A DNA stretch of 64,000 nt from Tubiluchus corallicola (GCA_030141605.1 JAQGDQ010000093.1:590464-654463), one strand, 5' to 3'. Shown: positions 28,163 to 41,995, counted from the stretch's first letter. Program-made: numbers and translations. Notes: generated from the letters alone by a model not told the origin.

Positions 28163-28673
28163 GGCGTGTAGCAAGGCTTGTGCTACTTTGTGTGGGATTG
28201 TGGGGTGCTGTTTTTCGAAAAGCGAGATCTCTTCATCCACCTTTTAGGCTCACTTTTAATCAAATTATTAAAAAAGGGCAAAATTAGTCCAATTACAGTA
28301 CACGAACTAGCTGTATTTTTATAGATACGCCATCTATTAAAAGGAACCGAAGACAGCTACAGGTGTTCGGGATATTATATGACAAAGCTTTTAACTGAGC
28401 TGCTCCTAGGTGTCTTTCATATTGAAGATTGAACCCAATGATAAGAAAGTTCTAGATGTTAATCCTTTTAGAGCCAGCTGTGAATTATTTTAGGGGGTGG
28501 GTGGGGGGTGGTAGTGCACAAAATAATTCTCAAAAGGTGAGCTGCCTTTTTGTGGTTCAGTAGCACCCCTGTGGTCACCTCTGAGGTGCGCTTTGGAAAT
28601 GTTTGTATAGAATAGCAAGTTGATGGCAAAATAGAAACGGCAGGTGGCTTGCAGTGATTGAGTTAACTCATGG

Positions 28674-28678
<5 letters not shown>

Positions 28679-28736
<58 letters not shown>

Positions 28737-28744
28737 GAGAGGAG

Positions 28745-28836
<92 letters not shown>

Positions 28837-28843
28837 GAGAGAG

Positions 28844-28903
<60 letters not shown>

Positions 28904-28985
28904 TAGGGAGAGAGAGAGAGAGAGAGAAAGAGGAAAGAGAGAGAGACAGAGAGAGAGAGAAAGAGGAAAGAGAGAGAGAGGCAGA
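28679..28985. repeat. Interrupted (GA)n microsatellite
   Basis: Direct reading. Confidence 0.95.
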
Positions 28986-30033
28986 ATGAGAAGAAAGAGA
29001 AAGAATGAGAGGGAGAATGGGAGGGAGAGAGAGGGTGGGGGGAAGAAAAAGAAAAACGAAGAAGCGTTTTAATTATTCGACATTAATGTGTCAATGATGT
29101 CATCAAAATTATAATACGTAGTTACGCAAATGTCACAACTGAGACAGACCACCTTTGCGTAAGAGAGCAACCTTCTCCTAATGACCTATTATTACCTAAC
29201 AGACAAAGGGTTAGGGTGTACATTTTGTGATGGCACATGTCGTGTGTGACCTTTGTCACTGCTTAATTATAGACATGCGATATAAAGATGTTCTCATTGA
29301 CACAAGATAAGCTTCTCTATGATGTTAGATGCCGAAAAGATAGACCAGGTTGAGCGCATTTTGTTTGAACATAATCTCGGCAGGTGCACGTGTCTTCATT
29401 GGGAATCTGTCGTTAATTACTACTTATCTGTAAGAAAAGTTAATTAGCCAGCGGCAAAAGAAAATTAAAGACGTTGCCAGACAAGCGTCGTCGTCGTTCT
29501 TATTGTTGACGTAGTCGTCGTCGTTGTTGTTATTGTTGCTGTTGTTGTTGATGTCGCCGCCGTTGTCGTTATCGTCGTTATCATCATCATCATCATCGTC
29601 TTGGTTGTTACTGTTGTTCTTGTTGTTGATGGGTCAATGTACAAGTCTTCATGCTACTGTGCCAATTATGGAATACGTGATACACGACGTAGAGTTTTAA
29701 TCACGATGGTAATGGTGGTGGTGGGAGTGACGGTGACGGCATAACGATGGCAATTTTTCCTTTCACATTTTCGAAAACAAACATATTTGTGCCTTAGTTT
29801 ATTTTTCGCTTTTTCCAGTGGCGCCTATCCCCCATTCCACAGTTTCAGTCATCCCAAAAACAAATGCTCTTTTGTTTTCACAAAAATCGTTCACCTGTTC
29901 TCTTGTTTGCTTTCAAAACACGCTGAAAGTTCCCAATAACAGCACGAAAACAGACTTCTCGTTAATTTTTATGCAAATTTTCTGGATGGTTTCCATGAAC
30001 CTTATCGTGGTGTTTATTCATGTGCGGGTCCTA

Positions 30034-30300
30034 ATCAAGATTTCAGTTTTTGCTGCTAAGTCATGTCTCGATATTTCAGTTTTTGCCGCTTCATCTATCT
30101 CAAGATTTCAGTATTTGCTACTTCATCATATCTCAAGATTTTTGTTTTTGCTGCTTCATCATGGCTCACGATTTCAGCTTTTGCTACTTTAACATGGTTC
30201 AAGATTTCAGTTTTTGCTACTTTATCATGTTTCAAGATGTCAGTTTTCGTCGTTTCATAATGGCTGAAGATTTCAGTTTTTGCTGCTTGAACATGGTTTA
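30034..30300. repeat. ~33-bp minisatellite (tcaagatttcagtttttgctgcttcatcatgg-like), about 8 copies
   Basis: Tandem units visible. Confidence 0.85.
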
Positions 30301-30934
30301 CTTGTGTTTTCATGACTATAATTAGCCTCTTTGTTTAGAACCCAAACAGGTCGTCAGTTAGCAGACGTATTTCAAAATAATTAGTGTTTAAAAATAACGT
30401 TGAATTTCCTTTTCAACAGTTTTTCAGCCAGTTAAGTTGTTTTAAAATTACCCACGGTGAACCCTTTACTCACACACTAACCCTTTGCTAACTGCTTCAG
30501 TTGATGTTGACCTAATTATGTTTTTTCGACAAACATAATTAACTTAATTAGCCCTCGGCGATGATTTCAAATCAGATTTTGCTAAATCGCCTTAATTAAT
30601 TTCACGCGAACGATAAGAACATTAAGGAGACGAAGTAATTGCGCTAATTAGGCAAATTATGAAAATTTACAAGGCATTAACCCTGTGGAGAGGCTTAATA
30701 GTGGGGAGTTTAAATTTATAATAGGCGCCAAGCAATTAGAGTGTGCACACAATTGATGATCAAGAACTCTTGAAATAATTGCTATCATCAGTGTTTTATG
30801 GAAGAGGAGTTTCATAGATGTGCTATGCTTTTTATAAGTAATTATTCCCTGAGCTGATTTGTTTCTTCCTCCCTTTTGCTGGTGTGAGTGACCCTGGACT
30901 TCTGTGAGATCTCATGCTTGTGTGCCAACTGTCG

Positions 30935-30967
30935 TTACTACTACTGCTGCCCGCCGCCGCTGTTACC

Positions 30968-31005
<38 letters not shown>

Positions 31006-31360
31006 AGCTACTGTTAAGGTCACATTTATGTTATAACTGTGTACAAAACAAAATTAGAGTCGTTACCAGGCTGATATTTGTTGCTGTTGTTGTTGTTGTT
31101 GTTGTTGCTGCTGCTGCTGCTGTTGTTGTTGTTGTTGTTGTTGTTGCTGTCGCTGCTGCTTTTGTCTCTGCCGGCATTGCTACAGTCATCGTCGTCGTCA
31201 TTGTTGATGTCACTACTATTGTTGTTGCTGCTGTCGATGTTGTTGTTGCTGCTACTGTTGTTTTTGTTGCTGTTGCTATTGTTGTTGTTATTGGTGGTGG
31301 TGCTGTCAGTGGTGGTGTTGGTCGTTGTAGTGGCGGTGGTAACGGGCAGCGGTGGTAATG
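30935..31360. repeat. Degenerate (GCT/GTT/GGT)n arrays
   Basis: Direct reading. Confidence 0.9.
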
Positions 31361-32101
31361 TTAGTGGTTATGATGCTAACTCTATACGCCAGTGTACTCA
31401 AAGTATCTGGAAGTCTACAATCGCAAAAACACGAGACTTACTTTCATTTAATTGTGTATATTCACATTGCTTACTAATCTTGATAATTAATGTTATTTTG
31501 CTTGTTGATCTGTTTGTTTATTTGGTGTGATTGTACCACGAGTACGAATAAAATGATATACGGCATCACGTATTAGCCTAAATGCTTTTACGAATCGCCC
31601 AAATTCGACGTTTTTGTGCCCTTTAGGCGCCATCCTGGCGCCCCCTATTGACGTTCGCCGCTTGTTTGTTCTATACAATCCATCCATAAATTATGATGCG
31701 TCTAGCGATTCTATTACTCAAAACCTGCAACCAAAACGATCCGTCATTAGTGATAATGTTCGCTGTTTTGTAGACGAGCTTAGTGAACGTTTTAATCAGA
31801 CAAAGAAACATGCAGGTGAAATCAATACGCCTCACCACTTACATCCAGCCAATCTATACTACAGATGGACTGCTTTTGTGCGATTAATTGTGCTTGGTAT
31901 AAAAAGTCTACAATGTCTTTTATCGATATTTGATTGTATTGAGTGATAGAGTGAGGGAGGAAGGTTTGTAGACGATAAAGATATCGATAAAGCTAAGTAA
32001 TTGAAGTCGATATTGTATTTTTAAAGAACCCAAAGCGTCAGATATTCTCAAAATAACTCCAGATCTGTGAACCTTGTATAGGTTTTAGGGATTGCAAAAG
32101 C

Positions 32102-32642
32102 CAATGGCGGCTCGTAATTAAAATTACTGGTGCTGCTGCTTCGGAAAATTTTAGCTATTGTCTTACTACTGTGTAAAACGAAGCAAACTTATGTAATTTT
32201 AATGTTGTAATTGTAATTATAAACAAACAAACATACGAAAATTTATACATAAGCTTGATAAAATGCTAAACTAAAAAACATTTGCTTACGAACAGCCTAA
32301 ATTGCAACAGTTCAAGAATATGCCAATACACGGTTTTTAAGCACGTGACAACTAGCGACAAACTGTGTGAATGACAGTACTTTCTCTACCTAGTAGCAGA
32401 CGCTAACAGTGCAGCGTACAGCATGTAATCTCACACATGTGTGCATGGACGCATGCGCACAACAGCCAAACACCACGTTGCTTGGGCTGTGAAGCAAACA
32501 GCACTACCCTTACGTGCTGTGGTTCCGTACAAGTTTAAAGAAAAACTAAAGAAAAAGACTTATTGTATTGAATGTTATCAATGATATTGAGTGAAAATAG
32601 GGGTGCTGCAGTTCCACAGTACATATACCCGAGCAGCTACTG
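32102..32642 (-). mobile_element. hAT-like MITE family H, copy 2
   Basis: caatggcggctcgta...cccgagcagctactg; shares gcatgcgcacaacagccaaacaccacgttg with copy 1. Confidence 0.75.
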
Positions 32643-32659
32643 GATTGCATTGTTTTTCA

Positions 32660-33100
32660 AGGGAAAGAAAATGGATTTTTAAAGTAAATCGCAAAAAACT
32701 TTTCATACAAAGTTATATTACTTAGCGCTACGCTTAACTGTTTGAAAGATTTATATAATAGAAAAAAATTCTTAATAATTTTAGATATTTACGCCACTTG
32801 GTAAAATGCCACCGCGTCGCTATCCCAGCGTGCACCACAGATTCACCAAAACATATTATTGATCTTATTGGTAATATAAAGTAATTTAAACTTTGGCTAA
32901 TTAGTGAAGGGTATGCTACGAATGCTATGCCCAAACTTTACCTAATGTTATCTGAACTGGTTTCAAACGACTTGTCGTCAAAGTGACTGCGCCTAATGGT
33001 CATCCCAAGAGTATAAATTTATAAGTTTTCTTCAAGGTTGTTCAGCTAATGCAAGCTCTGTATGCAATAAGACAGCACGTAAGCTATACAAAATTTTTAA
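32660..33100 (+). mobile_element. Diverged family A copy
   Basis: ttggtaaaatg...gtgcaccac...gctacgaatgct...gtttcaaacgac. Confidence 0.65.
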
Positions 33101-34490
33101 TACAAAATATTTTTTTAATATTATTGAAAAGATACGATAATTTAACATTTTAGTCAGTTAGTGACGTGTGCACTACGCATACTCTGATTATTTTTTCAAC
33201 AAAACGAATTTTCATTTTTTATTTATGAACAGTGTTTTATTTGTTTTAACGGATAATAATATTTATATACAATTAGTAAGACGTAGGTTAGTTAAACACC
33301 TGCTTAAAAAGATGGGAAGTATGAAAAATATAATGTTGGTTCCAGTAACTTACGTTTGATGATTTTTTGACTAGTGTATGACGTAAGGTCGGCTGTCGTA
33401 TGACGTCATGTAATTTACAGTTTATTATTAATCTTGATTTGTAGTTCTAAACTTTAATTTTTCATTACCACTAAGTTAGTGCTGACAATTTTCAATGTAT
33501 CTATGTACTTGTTACTGTTATATGTTTATATGTAACTGGGTTACTTGGCTTCTCTGTGAAGGTAGTAGTTTTTACACTTGGTATCAAGATGGGAAGGCAA
33601 GCAATGGGCTAAAACAGTTGTGTGGTTATAACAACGTTTTGACTCAGATGCCATGATACATTGGCTGATGGATGGACTTTTGTTTACTACTGTTGATTAT
33701 GTTTACCATTTTCGTGTATATGTGGACTGACTATGAGATTATGATTTTGAGTAAAATACAGATCGCAAAGTTAAACCATGTTTTCATCCATTGCTTTCGT
33801 CTGTTTAACACGAACATCGCAACTTCAAAAGAAGTCTAATCATCCTGCCAATGCCGGTTGTTGGCTCTCCCTAAAACATCCCAGCGACAACTTTAGCGTC
33901 ACGACACGTCATGTCCTGCTGTTTTTGCATCTCTTTACGCAATGTTTATTTACTAAATACTTTGTCGTTGTTTTCAGATGCGATATTGCTCTTGTTTATT
34001 TTATGTTTTCGTATACGTAAACTGCTCTTGATTGGATAAAAACATTTTCTTGCCTCAGAGACACGTACCTAGAGGAAGTTTTTTGGGTTAAGGAATCACT
34101 GGACAACTGGAAACATGGGCGACAGTCAAACTCACAAGAGCAAAATTGAGAGCTTTCCGTTTCTTATGGCCATTGTCCTAGATGTTTTGTAACACTTTGT
34201 GGTCGTTTTAATTGTAAAATAACAGGTGTCTTCAGTGTAAATTTACATTTTAACGAACTACAATAGCATAGCAGTGTAGACTTTCAATCTGTTTGTTGTG
34301 GCAATCTGTCGCTTGTTTAACCCCTTGTTGAACAGATGTTTTGTCTCGTCCACCAGACTAGAATAACACGTCTTACGCTCAACAAGTTTTCTTTTGTTAA
34401 ATTTGCATTCAAGAGTAAAGGAATCTCTGAGTAGAACTGTCACATACACCTGTTTGTTTTCAAACCGAACGTCATGGGTATTAAATTTAA

Positions 34491-34910
34491 AGGAAGACAG
34501 GATGATTTTTCATATACTACCCCATTTTCAAATCCGATAAAAAGTATACATTTTAACACAGTTAATACTGCAAAAGCATTTCTGATGATTAAATATTAGA
34601 TTAAAAACTTAATTAACGGTGGGCGAGCCCAACTATTGATGACATCACAAATTAACATAATTTTAAACAGCAAAAATTTCCACAAGCGTGTTGCACGTGT
34701 TTGCGAAAGAGAAAATTGAAGTACAGTGCTACTCTAAGATATTCAGTGTGTTGTACTAAAACTAGGAAGGTTTAAGATAAAAATTCAAATTTCAAGTTTA
34801 CCGCTGTGCTGTCGAACGTGTGTTGTTCGTCACAAACTTACACATCTGAACTGAGAGGTACAGCATCTGTTTTTGTGCAATGCGTTTCTGAAATGCAGGC
34901 GCTAGTGCAC
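34491..34910 (+). mobile_element. Family C copy, 3'-truncated
   Basis: ttaa|AGGAAGACAGGATGATTTTTCATATACTACC; colinear with 3405-3840. Confidence 0.85.
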
Positions 34911-35209
34911 GAAATTTCTGTCTCTTACTAGAACCCACATGATTATGTCTAAGGTTATTGAGAATTCCTAAGATCTTCAGCTAATGCATCTACGTAAGTC
35001 AAGGTCTGACCACCAGGGGGCTTTTTGACAGGGTTTTTGGCAGGGTCCTTACTAGACATCTTCTTAGGTCATTTGCTACATAATTATCACGTTTCCGTAT
35101 AATCAACATAGGAATGCATCTGCTGTTTCAAAAACTTTCAAATCACGTCAACAGATAATCAGAAAGTAGATAAACTGATTGGTGGGGAGGGATTTAACCC
35201 TAACTAAGT

Positions 35210-35495
35210 GTGACATTTCTACCTGTGCCATTTTACGGACTTTTCCATTTATGCTATTTTTTCCTGTGCCATTTTTACCCACTTTCCATTTATACCATTT
35301 TTAGCTGTGCTACTTTTACCTACTTTTCCATTTGTGCCATTTTTTTCCTGTGCCATTTTTACCGTGCAATTTTTTCCTGTGCCATTTTTACCGTGCCATT
35401 TTTTCCTGTGCCATTTTTTGCCTGTGCCATTTTACCTACTTTTCCATTTGTGCTATTTTTGCTTGTTGCATTTTTCCTGTGCCATTTTACCTACA
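35210..35495 (+). repeat. Tandem array of TGTGCCATTTTT-based units
   Basis: Direct reading; inverted relative to 36315-36952. Confidence 0.9.
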
Positions 35496-36314
35496 TTCAT
35501 TTGACTGGTAGTGAAAACACGAATTTTTAAAATGGAAATAGCAGCCATTGCCCACTTAAGGAAAGACGTGGCTTTTATTCAGACACGGTTTATTTCTTAC
35601 ACTGTTGATTTTTGTAAAATTTTCACATTGTATTTTTATTTTGGTAGATTGTCGTTTGAACATGGCCATAATAGGTTGAAACATGGTACACGAAAGCAAA
35701 TAATATTAAACGTATACCAATCAAAATATATTAAAGTTTATAAACGCAGTTAGAAATTCAGTGTGTAGCCTTGGACAATTTGGACATCAGTTTAAACTAC
35801 ATTTAGCAAAGAACATCATCCCGGGTAGGAACTGTAGAACCACAAAATGAAGAATTCATGCTGCAAATTATGAGAAGTGTAAGTCGAAAGGTTATAGGGG
35901 TATATATAGAGTTTTTTAAGCAGGCTCTACTTGTGCCAAACAGGAGTTTTCTGTTCTCTTGTTTTCATAAACCGTTGTGACACTTAGTGGTCAGTCACGC
36001 TTTTCGATAATAAGCTTGTTTTATTCACCAAAACAGTGGATGTCTCGCTTGGCCATAAGGCACTTATAAGCTGCTCCTACAGTTTGGGCCAGTAGCTGTT
36101 TTTAGAAGGGTATGAGCTGTAAAACTCCCTGGTAAAACTACTAATTGTTGCTAAACTGAACAAATGTTTTTCTACCGGTCAGTGTAAACAAACCGTGAAC
36201 TACGGAAAGCAAAAGGGCCACTTCTAAAATCTCCCTTGACGTCGCTAGTGCTGTGCGGCTCACGGTTAGCAAATGTGCTGTAGTAAGTGTACTTGTGTAA
36301 CTGACGTAGTACAT

Positions 36315-36952
36315 ACGGCACAGGTAAAAATGGCACAGGAAGATATGGCACGGTAAAATAGCACAGAAAAACTGGCATAAGCAAAATTGACACAGGAAAA
36401 ATGATACAAATGGAAAAGTAGGTAAAATGGCAAAAGAAAACTATATAAATGGAAAAGTATGCAAAAATGGCAAAAGAAAAACGTACAAATTGAAAAGTAG
36501 GTGAAAATGACACAGAAAAAATAATACCAATGGAAAACTAGGTAAAAATGGCACAGGAAAAATGGCACAGGAAGATATGGCACGGTAAAATAGCACAGAA
36601 AAACTGGCATAAGCAAAATTGACACAGGAAAAATGATACAAATGGAAAAGTAGGTAAAAATGGCACAGGAAAAATGATATAAATGGAGAAGCAGGTAAAA
36701 ATGGCACAGGAAAAATGATACAAATGGAAAAGTAGGTAAAATGGCAAAAGAAAACTATATAAATGGAAAAGTATGCAAAAATGGCAAAAGAAAAACTTAC
36801 AAATTGAAAAGTAGGTGAAAATGACACAGAAAAAATAATACCAATGGAAAACTAGGTAAAAATCGCACAGGAAAAATGGCGCAGTAAAATGACACAGAAG
36901 AAAAGGCAGAGGAAAAAATGACACAAATGGAAAAGTGGGTAAAATGGCACAT
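36315..36952 (-). repeat. Tandem array of AAAAATGGCACA-based units with ~230-bp higher-order duplication
   Basis: caggaagatatggcacggtaaaatagcacag occurs at ~36336 and ~36567. Confidence 0.9.
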
Positions 36953-37729
36953 TTGTTATTTTGATGCAGATAATTTCTACAACGAAACTAGAATGATCTC
37001 AGTAGAAAGCAGGTCTCTGCCAAAGCTAAACAACCTAAACTAACTATACATAGTGTAACTGACGAAACAGTTTTTAAGTTGAGCCTGCTTTGCAAGAATG
37101 GACATCATCCAATTTTCGGATGACAGACTATGAAACACAGCTTCCTCATGGAGTTACCAGCTTTTGCAAGAATAGCGTTTGCTTATCAGCTAATTAATAA
37201 AAAGGAAACGGTATTTATTGCCAACACTCTTCTATTTGCCCTAGAATTTTGGCTTAATTTGCACCTTTTGTTAACGCATGCGCACTGACACGGCGCATTC
37301 TCGCGGGATCTCGCGAACAATCCCACACGCGCAGCAGCAATGTTTTTACAGCAAATTACAAAGCATTGCTTACTCTTGATTATTAGCATTGAGTTGTTTA
37401 CGTTGCTGTGAAAGTAATTGGTACGGCACTGGCAAAACATTCACAACGTTTGAGCGAAGCTGCCGCCTGAACTTGGCTTCTTTTGTTCTGCATTTCTCGT
37501 GCCTTCCGTAACCTTTCTATTCGACCTTCCCACATTAGGCCTACATTATGACAACTTACAACGAAGCAAAATCGACAAGTCCTTCAGTTTAGTCTTAAAT
37601 TGAATAATATGAGGATGGATTTTTCTCTACTTTCTTGGCTAGCAATGTGACAGCAATGTAAAAACAATGGTGACTATTTATACCTTAACTGTATAGTAAC
37701 CACAACCCATTTTTATTTAGAGTTTGTCT

Positions 37730-38115
37730 TGAAGGTCAAGAAAAGTCTCTATTTATATGAAGCTACAAATCACATTGAAATGTTGTATAACTTACGTGCT
37801 GTCTTATAGCGCACAGAGCTTGAATTAACAGTAACGCCGTATAAAACTTTGAAAAGTGGAACTCCTGACCAGCCGTTTGACGCAGTCATTTTACCGGTAG
37901 ATCGTTTGAAACAAACTTAGATGACATTGTATAAAGTTTGGAAAAAATAGTCGAGCATTGGTAGCATACGATAATTAAGCAAAAGTTTAGGCTTACATTC
38001 GTTTAAATCGTCAGTAAGATTAAAAAAATCGCTGTTTGGTGAGTCAATGGTGTACACTGGGAAGGTGAGTCAGCGACACTTTACCAGTTGGCACCAATAT
38101 TTTAAATTATTCAAG
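37730..38115 (-). mobile_element. Family A copy (partial)
   Basis: aggtcaagaaaag end; reverse-complement match to family A body. Confidence 0.75.
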
Positions 38116-39380
38116 AATTTTATTTTTTATTTACGTAAGTAGTGTCGCTTATTGTATCGAATACGCGATTGTAGTATTATGTGACCCATTTAATTGTCAG
38201 TCTGCTGTACGAAAGTACTGAATTAGTCTATGTTGCCATCTACAGTCATTGTTTTACTCTAATTGTACAAAGTTTGTCAGAGATTAATTGATTTTGTTTT
38301 TAAATATTGTTTCCTTTTGCTTTTATAGATATACATTAATCAGAGTAATTGGATTGCTAATTTCATGCTTTAATTAAGGTTCTAACTCTGTTATTCAAGC
38401 TAAAATAGAGAAAAATTATAACACAGCTTTCTGTAGGCAAATAATCTTTATTCTGCTATCAAAGAGGCCAAGTAGACTTTGATTTTGGTTTAACTAGTAG
38501 TCTGTAGAGCATAGGTGACCTTTCCATTTATGGTCTGTATGCGTGAATGTGATGTACCTTCCAATAGGAACTTGAATCTCTGGTCACGTGATTACAGCTC
38601 ACATGCAAGTTTCAGTTGATCTAGAGACAGCAATGTTAAAGGATGCAAATTTTCTACTATTAAAGAATTTTCGATTGTTAAAGCAATGTAAAAGAATGCA
38701 AAATTTCTACAGTATAATATTGCTGTCATATTACTATGACTCTTGTTCAATTTTGTTACTGGAGTGAACATTGTCTACGTTTTACAATAAAATAGTATAA
38801 GTATTTCAAACATATAAGCGTAATGGTAAATATCATAACTTTGTATGAAAAGTTTTTTTGTGATATTCTTAAAAATTGACTTTTATTTTAAAGTGTAAGA
38901 GAAATACTAGGATAAGCACGTGTAGTAGCATAAAATTCTTAATAATATTATCATCATTTTCTTTAGGTGGTCACCCGCAGATACACTTTTTTACTTATAG
39001 TAAGCAGTACGTCATTATAGGAGGTCATAGATAATATGAACAAAGACCTGTTTCAGCAAACAAGGGAAACGTGGGGTCACAAAAACCTATGAAAACGTAA
39101 TGAATACGACAAGCAGTCTGTAGTTTCTGTAGACCGCCTGCACAAAAGGAGAGGTGTCGAGCAAAAACAACCTCCCCTTTTCGACGGCTGTCTCACAAAA
39201 GACAAAGCAATACGTGATGTCAACATTATTGTACAAAAAGATTTCGTGGCTTGTCTGGTGACCGCTGGAGGTCGCAGATGGTGTTTTTCACTGGCACTAC
39301 AATGAGCGAGCAAACTTTTTTTACAGAGACATACAAAAGGGTGCTGATTTGATGTAGGTGTGATGGAGGAAGTAGGTTAC

Positions 39381-39420
39381 CTTTGTCTGAGGGAAGAAAA
39401 TGATGTACTGGTACATCTAG
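39381..39420 (-). other. Candidate 40-nt minus-strand exon (LDVPVHHFLPSDK or RCTSTSFSSLRQ)
   Basis: ttattgtcttgtttcag|CTAGAT...GACAAAG|gtaacc. Confidence 0.4.
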
Positions 39421-39513
39421 CTGAAACAAGACAATAAGTGCTAAAGTGAAGACAAGATTTTGATAAATTTTGCAGGTATTCTGAGAAAGAGGTCCTGCTT
39501 CTTGTGTATACCT

Positions 39514-39770
39514 GAATGAATGAATGAATATGAATGGTTGATTAACTGACTGACTGACTGACTGACTGACTGACTGACTGACTGGCTCACTGACTGACTG
39601 ATTGAAAAAATGAATGAATGAATAAATGAATACTGGCTGAATGAATGAATGAATGAGTGAATGAAAGAATGAATGACTGACTGACTGGCTGAATGAATAA
39701 ATGAATGAATGAGTGAGCAAGTGACTGAATGACTGTTTGACTGTTTGACTGACTGAATCAATGGATGAAT
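39514..39770. repeat. (TGAA)n/(TGAC)n compound array
   Basis: Direct reading. Confidence 0.9.
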
Positions 39771-40539
39771 TTACATCCTGTGAATCCCACCTTAAAATCG
39801 TCCCCTGTCTTCCCCTTCTGGAAATTACGCCGCCCCCCACTCTGCGTTGATTACAAAGTGCCATATACTATGATGAATGGTTTCATAACTTCAGCGTGAC
39901 TCCCTGGAGGCAAGCTCAGGCAATGATACACGTTTTGCTCAGTTCCACTCAAAATTTTCCGTTTGTTTCCCGGGCAGCATGAAGAAGAAGCCAAGTTTTA
40001 TGAGCTGTTGCTGTGTGTAAGAGACACACAAGCTTTAATAATGTTGCAAAGTGAAGCCAGCGGTTACATTGCCAGTGTTAACCTTAGTATTGTGGATGGC
40101 TTCAAACAATCATTTAATACTTTGTAGAAAACAGCTCGTCAAAGCGTTTAGTTGTTTGGCTTCTCGACTCGGCTTTGTCCCTTATCTCTTTCTTTGCTTT
40201 GATTTTTAAAGTCAATTCTATTTCTACTGTCTTTGCTTACCTCTTTTTTATACCCTCCCCTTTCCCTGCTCTTTTTTCACGCTTTTACTCTTCGCCTCAT
40301 AATTTCTGTTCTTGTCCCTCTTTATTTTTCTCTTTTCTCTCCTTTTCCCGAAATCTCTATCCTTTTAATCTCTTCCTTCCTCTTCCTCTCTCTCACACAC
40401 TCTATCTCGTTCTCTGTTTCTCTTTCCCCTGTCTCTCTTTCTCTGTCACTCACACACTATTCACTCAAACAGACACTATACACTCACCCGCTCACTCACT
40501 GAGACATTCACACTACACTCACTCATTCACCCGCTCACC

Positions 40540-40644
40540 ACTCACTCAGTCACACATGCACGCACGCACGCACACACAGACACACACACAAACGCACACA
40601 CACAGACACACACGCACACGCACACACACACACACACATCACAT

Positions 40645-40709
<65 letters not shown>
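40540..40709. repeat. (CA)n then (CT)n microsatellite
   Basis: Direct reading. Confidence 0.95.
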
Positions 40710-40711
<2 letters not shown>

Positions 40712-41493
40712 GAGAGACTGTGAGAAACTTTTTAAAATTTGTCTGGAATGAAAACTTTCGTAATACAGATCTTGAACAAATTCCTGAAAATATGTTAATT
40801 TATACCAAACGTCAAATTACAGATTATGTTTCTTATACCTGGGCAACTAAATATAGGCATGTTATGCAATTTCGAGGAGATAATGTTGAAATACAGAATA
40901 TAAAATGTACACCCTTAAATTTGCCACTTGGAAATAATGAAAGGAAAATAGAATCCATTGCCATGTCCTTTTTAACTGGCCAGGGGAATTTTAACAGCTT
41001 TTTGTATAGACTTAATATGTGTGATACTAGTTTATGTCCATGTGGAGAAGAAGAGCAAACTCATCAGCACATTTTATTCAGATGTAATAAAATAGATAAT
41101 GCAAAAAGAATGCCGTTCATGGAAATAGCTGATGCCAATTATACACGTAATATTATGCTTCAATCTGATAAAAATTTAATAATGGCTTTCACTAACCTGA
41201 TCAGGGACAATTTTATACTAAGTAACTGTTAATTTAGGCCCGCTGCAGTATAAAAAAATAAATTATGTAGTTGTGTCAAGTTAATTTGTTTGTATAATAC
41301 TTGTGATTCGTTTGAAATTATATCTAATTTAAGTATAAAATGTTATTCGTTGTACATAGTGTGAAACTGGATTTAAAAGATTTGTTATGTGAAAATGTAA
41401 TTTGTTGATTTGAGCCAGCAAAAAGAGGCACCTTTGTGTATATATATTCATTTCCTAAATAAAGATTTATGATTATTATTATCTCTCTTATTA

Positions 41494-41496
<3 letters not shown>
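40710..41496 (+). mobile_element. 5'-truncated non-LTR retrotransposon 3' end (I/R1-group-like CCHC finger), uninterrupted ORF 40720-41232
   Basis: FLTGQGNFNSFLYRL...CPCGEEEQTHQHILFRC; AATAAA 41458-41463; (ATT)n tail; (CT)n on both flanks. Confidence 0.85.
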
Positions 41497-41563
<67 letters not shown>

Positions 41564-41604
41564 TTCCCACTCTCTTTCTGTATCACACCTCTTTGCTCTG
41601 CCTC

Positions 41605-41995
41605 CTTTCCTTCTACGTATTGCTCTTTCCTTCATCCTCTCCTTTGCTCTGTTTTCTGAAATCAGGTTTTCGTTCTTTCTGTTTTGTTTCTTACGTAAAG
41701 AGTTTTTTCTAAATAAATTCTCAGTTTATAAACAAAATGTTTGCCACAAATTGTTGCCCCTCAGCCTTACAAAATCAATACGACTGTCTCTCTCCTGGCT
41801 CGTAGTAAAACCCTGGAATTGGCTTCGTTTGTAAGTTTCATTCTCAAAATTCGATGTTCCTGTATTTCTACACAGATGTTAACACTTATCTTCATGGCTT
41901 CTAGGTTGTTGTAAGTAACACAATTTGTAAAGACTGATAAACTTGGATTGATGAGAGTTCATGAAAACGTTTTTCACAAGTTCATTAGATTTGGT
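41605..41995 (+). repeat. ~390-bp repeat, inverted partner at ~43461-43855
   Basis: cctcagccttacaaaatcaatacga and cttcatggcttctaggttgttgtaag match reverse complement. Confidence 0.85.

Noticed and set aside
30034-30300. ~33-bp repeats as a CRISPR array
   Set aside because: Units are contiguous and degenerate with no unique spacers; eukaryotic context and no cas genes
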